A stretch of DNA of 64,000 nucleotides from the IMG/VR virus record IMGVR_UViG_3300042564_003366, positions 8,400 through 72,399 of that record; one strand, given 5' to 3'. This document shows positions 58,901-64,000 of this stretch, one piece after another. Origin of the DNA: a virus. Position 1 is the first letter of the stretch. The number at the start of each line of letters is the position of its first letter. Below the pieces are notes generated by a model. It did not search any database and was not told where the DNA came from. It saw only the letters and a list, made by a program, of their open reading frames with translations. The position numbers and the translations under genes are program-made.

Positions 58901-61207
58901 CATATTTATCCTGTTAATATAAGTAAAGGTGAACATATTTTGGAATTATATGGCCAAAATAGTGGGAATATAGCTGGATTTGGTTGTGAAATATATGACG
59001 CAACATTGCAAGAATTATTAGCTGCAACAACTTTAAGCCAAATAAATATTATTTTTACAAGTCAAACGGCAAATAGATTTGAATTAGTTCAAAACTTAGA
59101 TGGGACATATACTTCTAGTGGGTATAGTTGCCCACCAACTTATTCATACGCATCATGCTCTGGAACTTGTAGAAAAATAGTTGAGTGTTGCCCAGAACCT
59201 GACCCATCAAGGACCCCAACCCCAACGCCAACAATTAGTGTTACGCCAACTATAACACCAACCGTAACAATGACACCAACTATTACTCCGACTATAACAC
59301 CAACTATTACTCCAACAAAAACTGCAACACCAACAAAGAGTATTACAGCAACTCCAACAATAACACCAACAAGTAATGCGGAACCATCAAATACACCAAC
59401 ACCAACAGTTACAAATACACCTACAAGAACTATTACCCCAACTATAACACCTACAATAACTACTACTCCAACTATAACACCTACAAGAACTATTACCCCA
59501 ACTATGTCACCTACAAGAACAATAACACCTACAAAAACAATTTCAATAACGCCATCACCAACTATTTTAACCTTTTCGAAGATACCTAATTTAAAATTGT
59601 TTAAACAAATTTGTGATGTTATACCATCAAGGACACCAACACCAACAATTTCAATAACGCCATCAATTACCCCTACAATATCAATTACTCCATCAACAAC
59701 ATCAATTGTTTGTACGTTTAATGGTGATTTTGTACTATTATTTGATGAATCGTTTAGTATTCCTATAGTACCTGAATTTGCTCAAATGATGACATCTGCT
59801 GAAAATTTGGTTGATAGATTTGACCCATATATGGCAAATAGTTATGCTTCGTCAACTGGATTATTAATTGGTTTAACATCATTTGCTGATGCATCTCAAA
59901 CCATTTTATCTCTAAATAGGTTTACAAATACTATAGTTAATGCAATTAATAATAATACTAGAAGTGGGGGTAGTACATATTTGAATTTAGGTTTACAACA
60001 ATCAGTTTCTGTATTAACTGGAACTAATAGTAGAGCATTACCAAAGAAAATTTTGGTATATACAGATGGTGCACCAACTGATGAGGATAGTGCAACGAAA
60101 AAGGCAACAGAAATAAAAACAACTGTTTATAATGGACAAAGAATTGAAATATTAGCAATAGGTATAAATATATCACCTACAACACAAACATATTTACAAA
60201 ATGAGATTGTTTCAAAATATGGTTATTTCTTTAACTCTGACACATTTAATATTATACAATTAAATACAGCAATAGCATTAGCACTTTGTGAAACAGCAAA
60301 TCCTGTTTTAAATGTTGTTGTTGATGTTGCTGGACCAAGTGGTGACCCAGAATCGGCTTGTTTGTTGACACCAACAGGGGTTAAGTATTGCTTATCTCCA
60401 ATAATTTTAAAACCTGGTTTAGTTATTTATGACGATCCTAATTTAACAATAAGGTCATATACATCAAATCCGGGTGGTTATACATTGTTAACTTACGATA
60501 GTATTGATTATGTTTTAACATTCGATTCTGTTGGTCTTGTGGATACAATTGTAGTTTGTTCAGTTAGTGTAACACCAAGTCCAACAATAAGTGTGACACC
60601 ATCTGTGACACCAACAATAGGTTTACCTCCATCAATAACACCAACAAGAACGGAAACACCAGAGCCAACACCATCTGTGACACCATCAAATACGAGTACA
60701 CCAATACCAACGACATCAAATACAAGCACACCAATACCAACGACATCAAATACGAGTACACCAATACCAACGACATCAAATACGAGCACACCAATACCAA
60801 CGACATCAAATACGAGCACACCAATACCAACGGCATCAAATACGAACACACCAATACCAACGGCATCAAATACACCACCAAATACGCCACCAAATACACC
60901 ACCAAATACGCCACCAGCAACCTTATCACCAGAGCCAACAATTACACCAACACCGACAACATCATCAACTCCAAGTTGTGTTTGTTGGTCATTCCAAAAC
61001 ATGGGAGGAGTAACAGGAAACGTTTCTTATGTTGATTGTAACACAGGCGCATCAAGTACGAATGTGGATATTGGTGAAACCATTTACAAATGCGTTGTTT
61101 ATGGAACAACACCATCACTTAACTCTGGAATTGTGGATATCTCACCTCTTGGCACAGCTTGCAATAATCAAGGTGACTGCGAACCAGGCGGTGGCGGTGG
61201 TTCATAA
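52907..61207 (+). CDS. giant (2766 aa) modular protein: trypsin-like serine protease, M12/reprolysin-like zinc protease, Thr/Pro tracts, DTGY modules, VWA domain
   Basis: SNNHVL / SDSAAL / GDSGS triad; HELGHNLGTIH plus GTIMSY Met-turn; VWA DESFS...GGST....GL...YTDG. Confidence 0.85.
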   Translation: MSLDKGFSPELLKKLTEKHFNESSENVIGVLYGYKQKSNVLTDNLSLVFFVKEKKPISEIPESELIPKEINFNGQTFITDVQESNYELLSCLSDNFNCDNLNVPNRGQILPLEGGISISNSIQALAPGTGTMGLLAIDLDSYSLVGISNNHVLVGDSAFYTKYRNTNAIATNIFGNEIVQPGYADRAPRDVIGVVKKYDPIRPYPELNYSDSAALAIDDPSIIDFVRSFKQYDLNSLSGPFEFATTEEIDRLLSIDYNTAKIYSTGRSTGSKGENGEMQLRIAGLFGNVLVNFPNQLTNVPIVLADNIFFYGMSDNGTICDYSVCKGDSGSALVAEINGKYKIIGIVWGGDSSPGGYGIASRIDRIASALNIGPWLGQTDVNFSDTSKIELKIVEGINDIKTINSEGKTFWQIGAYTPITFDLFDEYAGDRPNDIPDYVDFVSIRQDVVDFLFLQKFEKLNLNVPFEGSTLTLNLNAQSFYSNEPFKTSSGLILEQTSISYIGEIDGYLNSNALVLITNSNVKILATYENHSVVFENYESNLYSTWDSFDVQSTKGFLLGGCVMLTPEEGEFQVLEKITNEFSTNQLTEKVVTVQLHTHYNLYQQAGGNVGVVQSYLDWLTLNVGRIIQKEFSGIFRLEFSFIIWNTPSPFRPYLYSGSFAFQDYIGAQPNTHCLYHLLVENTTDGGSGGVAYVSALCKPNKERTGASGVIDLSSRVDYPNYDWGVNVVAHELGHNLGTIHTHDCVWNGNNTAIDGCYPPNCSALEQYPANKGTIMSYCHTIGGVGVDLNLGYGPQPRQAIINHITAANNAGCCFSEPQVTRTPTPTISVTKSITPTISKTPRPTQSSVVCPPPFCPMIGPYSYPTYPDYKMYDITSNLGYVFLDSVIPGNVARFIVNYDNAIVIDTFYISDTPDDYNIGGSKRADFIASLTSKLDPITGNVYPNSGGIDIDTDGYPIVTQNLGSYYFDKTTKTPTNVIVNVYAPYFDGTPWQYCLECPTPTETPTPTPTITPTRTQTPTITPTISQTPTITPTISQTPTITPTGTQTPTITPTSTITPTISQTPTITPTPGLSASPTPTISLTISITPTITPTITPTISITQSVSPTVTPTISITQSVTPTVTPTNICVLNGDLVEICDCECYTYILISGPYPESDAPFNFYTYNCCESNQIIIDILPPSSSIIICARNNSINVGLEINLIKQKCCVLDDGPCIVSLTPTPTNTPTISITPTNTPTISITPTITPTISITPTITPTISQTPTITPTISITPTITPTISQTPTITPTISQTPTITPTISQTPTITPTITPTISQTPTITPTISQTPTITPTISQTPSITPTISISPSITPTITPTISISASVTPTISITPTITPTISQTPTITPTISQTPTITPTISQTPTITPTNNSDCKLCDSEDVYDGDNAYPSITCINVTTQTNLEVCLMPDPVGIPDRFIVIFDGIVVIDTGYLSNVSSLYIVGGDARPYFQASLIGKVDPITKLTYPNVNIPDSDTDGFPIVRFYQYKRFCFFKTTPTTFAYVNVYGPDSGTYWEFTLKCPALPETSQTPTPTKTITPTISITPTITTSISITPTITPTKTISPSRTATITPTITITPTITPTPGLSLTPTPTISVSKSITPTISQTPTITPTNNSDCQLCDSDVPYGGGQSYPSNICIILTGETNLEVCLIPNPRSIPDRFIVIFDGIVVIDTGYLSDSPSIYSVGGPFRVDFQSSLLGRVDPITNLAYPNLNIPDSDTDGFPKVRLANYKKFCFLRTTPTTFAFVNIYGPDRQTAWFFVLKCPTPEVSQTPTPTKTISLTPTPTKTQTPTPTVTPTNCVIPEFCATCGPECWQILNDDCCYKVDTVPVIPPTLLYTAIDTPSTVYSIFGSLFYNTNFNVNGTGSYAGTSTTYNIWSNPRQEINVGPLNRCAKWTDQNAGSFLPLNQWIGFSACLNSFTEDKQYWVGIAGDNNFRLVLDGVEILNSITGPFNNRTTAFNYWHIYPVNISKGEHILELYGQNSGNIAGFGCEIYDATLQELLAATTLSQINIIFTSQTANRFELVQNLDGTYTSSGYSCPPTYSYASCSGTCRKIVECCPEPDPSRTPTPTPTISVTPTITPTVTMTPTITPTITPTITPTKTATPTKSITATPTITPTSNAEPSNTPTPTVTNTPTRTITPTITPTITTTPTITPTRTITPTMSPTRTITPTKTISITPSPTILTFSKIPNLKLFKQICDVIPSRTPTPTISITPSITPTISITPSTTSIVCTFNGDFVLLFDESFSIPIVPEFAQMMTSAENLVDRFDPYMANSYASSTGLLIGLTSFADASQTILSLNRFTNTIVNAINNNTRSGGSTYLNLGLQQSVSVLTGTNSRALPKKILVYTDGAPTDEDSATKKATEIKTTVYNGQRIEILAIGINISPTTQTYLQNEIVSKYGYFFNSDTFNIIQLNTAIALALCETANPVLNVVVDVAGPSGDPESACLLTPTGVKYCLSPIILKPGLVIYDDPNLTIRSYTSNPGGYTLLTYDSIDYVLTFDSVGLVDTIVVCSVSVTPSPTISVTPSVTPTIGLPPSITPTRTETPEPTPSVTPSNTSTPIPTTSNTSTPIPTTSNTSTPIPTTSNTSTPIPTTSNTSTPIPTASNTNTPIPTASNTPPNTPPNTPPNTPPATLSPEPTITPTPTTSSTPSCVCWSFQNMGGVTGNVSYVDCNTGASSTNVDIGETIYKCVVYGTTPSLNSGIVDISPLGTACNNQGDCEPGGGGGS
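60684..60873 (+). repeat. 30-bp tandem repeat x6 encoding SNTSTPIPT(T/A)
   Basis: catcaaatacgag(t/c)acaccaataccaacg(a/g) repeated with few changes. Confidence 0.9.
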
Positions 61208-61224
61208 TAAAAAAATAAATCAAA

Positions 61225-61232
61225 TATTTATA
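61225..61232 (+). promoter_or_regulatory. TATTTATA candidate late promoter
   Basis: Starts 18 nt before ATG 61243. Confidence 0.5.
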
Positions 61233-61242
61233 TAACAAAGAT

Positions 61243-62160
61243 ATGACTGATTTTAATATATATGTTCCGACACCAGACAAATTAAGTTGCTATAGTTGGT
61301 TTAATTTAAGCGAATTACCCCCACTATCAGGTGGTTGTAGTGTTAATTTTTGTAAGACAATTGATTCTAATTGTGTCGCTGAATGTGTTGATATTTTCGT
61401 TAAAAACAGGACTAATACTTTAGAAATTGGAGATAAAGTTTATGTTTTTGAAGATGGAAATTATGTTTTATTACCAATGGGTAGATATGTTAGTAGTACG
61501 TTAGGAATACATTTTTCTATTGGCAGTGATGGGACTTTAATAGAAATAATCAATTGTTCAACAGGTTCAGTAGTTAGAGATGCCGATGGTAATTACTATT
61601 CAACAGTTGAAATAAATGGATTAATTTGGTTTAGGGAAAATTTGAGAACCACAAAATATAGTGATGGTACGCCAATTTTAGGACTTTCTGGGGTTGGGCC
61701 TTGGAGGAATGATAGAGAAGGTTCATATGCTGTATATCCAAATAGTTGTTTTGGTTTTCTATATAATTGGTATGCTGTTGATAACTCAAAAGGTTTATGT
61801 CCAACAGGGTGGAGAGTACCAACATTTGATGAATTTAAATCCCTTAGAAATGCATATGGGGGTACTTTAAAAGCTGGCAGAGCATTAAAAGTGCAAGGAG
61901 ATGTCTGGTGGGAAAATACTAATACTAAAACAACAAATGCTAGTGGATTTAGTGCATATCCTTCTGGTAGTAGAGATTTTAAGGGGGGTTATGAATATTT
62001 AGGTAAAAGAGCAACCTTTTGGACATCAACAACTGATACTTGTGAAGGAGGAAGTCCTAATGCGCTCCAATTGTATTGTTGCGGATTTCGGACAGATTTT
62101 GCTGATTTTCAATGTGACGATAAAAATAATGGATATGCTGTTAGATGTGTCCAAAATTAA
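61243..62160 (+). CDS. protein with Fibrobacter succinogenes major paralogous (Fib_succ_major) domain
   Basis: DADGNYYSTVEING..WFRENLRTT.Y.DG, GFLYNWYAV, LCPTGWRVPT..E, NASGFSAYPSG.R, FWTST, GYAVRCV. Confidence 0.88.
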   Translation: MTDFNIYVPTPDKLSCYSWFNLSELPPLSGGCSVNFCKTIDSNCVAECVDIFVKNRTNTLEIGDKVYVFEDGNYVLLPMGRYVSSTLGIHFSIGSDGTLIEIINCSTGSVVRDADGNYYSTVEINGLIWFRENLRTTKYSDGTPILGLSGVGPWRNDREGSYAVYPNSCFGFLYNWYAVDNSKGLCPTGWRVPTFDEFKSLRNAYGGTLKAGRALKVQGDVWWENTNTKTTNASGFSAYPSGSRDFKGGYEYLGKRATFWTSTTDTCEGGSPNALQLYCCGFRTDFADFQCDDKNNGYAVRCVQN

Positions 62161-62187
62161 ACTTAAATAATTTTATTTAATAATTAG

Positions 62188-64000
62188 ATGGCTAGAATTT
62201 TTGATTTAAAGATAACTTCAGTAGCGGTAGAGTGTAGTTTAGGGTATGATGTATATTATGACATAGTTAACCCTAATAATTTTGCAACAAATGTTGCAAC
62301 GGGTAATCTTGCAACGGGGATTCCTTTATTTCTATTTCAAAGACCAAATGGATTTAGGGTTAGTGTACCAGATTTAGCAACATCAGTTATAATATATGAT
62401 CCGTGTTGTGGAATATCACAAGAATTTATAATAAATGGGGATGACCCATGTTTTATTGGTGATAAAACAGAATTTGAGGCAACAGAATGTTTGAAATTAG
62501 ATACTGTAATAAATGCTTGTTATGTAAGTTATTTAAACTATGATAATCAAATTGAAACTTTAAATATTACTCAAAGTGATATTGGTAATAAAATAGAAAT
62601 TTGTGTTTTGGGTGGGGAAAAAGGTCTTATTGCGGATTCTTGTGGTTTTAAACCTAATACACCAAAATGCTTTTGCGCTAAATATGATTCAACTTGTTCA
62701 TGTTCAGAAAGTCAACAACTAGGTAGTGAATATAGATTTTTTAATGTTTTTTTAACAGAAAATAGAACACCTGGACCATTTAGTATTTTTTATGACGAAG
62801 TGTCACCGAGTAATTTAGTTACATTATATGACACTGGATTTTTAGGTCAAGGGATTTCTGTGGGGGAGTTAACTAATGGTAATTATATTAAAGTTGTTGT
62901 ACCAATTAATACAACTTATATTGTAATTTTAGGTGAAATAATAGGTGGTGTTCAATATTTACCAATACCTCAATTAACACCAACACCAACACCAACTATA
63001 TCTGTAACAACAAGTAATACACCAAGTGTTAGCCCAACTATATCTGTGACACCAACCATAACAATAACACCAAGTATAACACCAACAATTACGCAGACAA
63101 TTAGTGAAACGCCAACACCAACTGTCACTACAACAATATCCACAACTCCAACTACATCTGTAACACCAACATCAACTATTACACCAACCATTAGTGAAAC
63201 ACCAACACCAACTGTCACTACAACAATATCCGCAACGCCAACCACATCTGTAACACCAACATCAAGTATTACACCAACCATTAGTGAAACATCAACACCG
63301 ACTATTACTCCAACTGTATCATCAACACCAACAAATACAATAACCCCTACTATAACTAATTCAATTAGTGTTACGCCAAGTTTAACAACTAGCCCAGATT
63401 TTAATATATCATTAACTCCAACTATATCTGTAACTCCAACAATATCTGTAACTCCAACAATATCTGTAACTCCAACAATATCTGTAACTCCAACAATATC
63501 TGTAACTCCAACAATATCTGTAACTCCAACAATATCTGTAACTCCAACTATATCTGTAACTCCAACAATATCTGTAACTCCAACAATATCTGTAACTCCA
63601 ACAATATCTGTAACTCCAACAATATCTGTAACTCCAACAATAACAAATTCATCTGGATTAGGGGCATCTATAACACCAACAATTACACCAACGATATCTG
63701 TAACTCCTACTATATCAATTACACCAACTATATCAATTACTCCAACAATATCATTAACACCAACTATATCTGTAACTCCTACTATATCTGTAACTCCAAC
63801 AATATCAATTACTCCAACAATATCAATTACTCCAACAATATCATTAACGCCAACTATATCATTAACACCAACTATATCAATTACTCCAACAATATCATTA
63901 ACGCCAACTAGAACAATTACACCAACAATAACGCCTACCATATCAATTACTCCAACAATATCATTAACGCCAACTAGAACAATTACACCAACAATAACGC
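62188..64000 (+). CDS. 5' part of another Cys-rich, mucin-like Thr/Pro protein (runs off the window, absent from the ORF track)
   Basis: ATG at 62188 (MARIFDLKITSVAVECSLG...). I saw no in-frame stop to 64000. From about 62975 it is nearly pure TPTISV/TPTISI repeat. Confidence 0.85.
   Translation, partial: MARIFDLKITSVAVECSLGYDVYYDIVNPNNFATNVATGNLATGIPLFLFQRPNGFRVSVPDLATSVIIYDPCCGISQEFIINGDDPCFIGDKTEFEATECLKLDTVINACYVSYLNYDNQIETLNITQSDIGNKIEICVLGGEKGLIADSCGFKPNTPKCFCAKYDSTCSCSESQQLGSEYRFFNVFLTENRTPGPFSIFYDEVSPSNLVTLYDTGFLGQGISVGELTNGNYIKVVVPINTTYIVILGEIIGGVQYLPIPQLTPTPTPTISVTTSNTPSVSPTISVTPTITITPSITPTITQTISETPTPTVTTTISTTPTTSVTPTSTITPTISETPTPTVTTTISATPTTSVTPTSSITPTISETSTPTITPTVSSTPTNTITPTITNSISVTPSLTTSPDFNISLTPTISVTPTISVTPTISVTPTISVTPTISVTPTISVTPTISVTPTISVTPTISVTPTISVTPTISVTPTISVTPTITNSSGLGASITPTITPTISVTPTISITPTISITPTISLTPTISVTPTISVTPTISITPTISITPTISLTPTISLTPTISITPTISLTPTRTITPTITPTISITPTISLTPTRTITPTIT
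63415..63641 (+). repeat. 18-bp tandem repeat x12 encoding TPTISV
   Basis: actccaac(a/t)atatctgta repeated almost perfectly. Confidence 0.92.

Noticed and set aside
42788-63941. Minus-strand Val/Gly/Ile-rich ORFs (e.g. 42788..43099, 56419..57126, 60508..61002, 62970..63941)
   Set aside because: Antisense shadows of the Thr/Pro repeats, which lack stop codons on the opposite strand.
26961-64000. Eukaryotic or NCLDV origin suggested by collagen, mucin, VWA and metzincin domains
   Set aside because: No introns, operon-style coupling, intrinsic terminators and contiguous gp25/gp6/gp32/UvsX-like genes indicate a tailed bacteriophage.
1-64000. tRNA, rRNA or IS elements
   Set aside because: Intergenic gaps are short (about 85 nt or less in nearly all cases) and AT-rich, with no cloverleaf, rRNA or transposase signature seen.

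Overview
AT-rich, gene-dense segment of a large tailed (myovirus-like, T4-related 'jumbo') phage, probably infecting Bacteroidota. Host clues are a class Id-type ribonucleotide reductase, SprB repeats, a Fib_succ_major domain and the absence of Shine-Dalgarno sequences. 1-8.9 kb is a replication/recombination block: gp32-like SSB, RecA/UvsX, 5'-3' exonuclease, DnaB-like helicase, nrdB, nrdA. 9.3-26.5 kb holds baseplate and other structural genes. 26.5-64 kb is an unusual surface-protein region. It encodes a collagen-like fibre with a Kelch-type propeller and S74 chaperone, three free paralogues of that propeller, and at least six proteins with mucin-like Thr/Pro tracts, two over 2600 aa. These carry a Hint domain, trypsin-like and M12 zinc proteases and a VWA domain. 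They are interleaved with four 2OG-Fe(II) oxygenases, a sulfotransferase, a GT9-like enzyme and a GT4 + AAH/TibC-type O-glycosyltransferase fusion. My lead hypothesis is a phage-encoded system that hydroxylates, O-glycosylates and sulfates its own virion fibres, giving an extracellular-matrix-like coat. A TATTTATA motif sits 23-24 nt upstream of many start codons and is a candidate late promoter. All assignments come from reading motifs by eye; no searches were run. I saw no tRNA, rRNA, CRISPR array or transposase.
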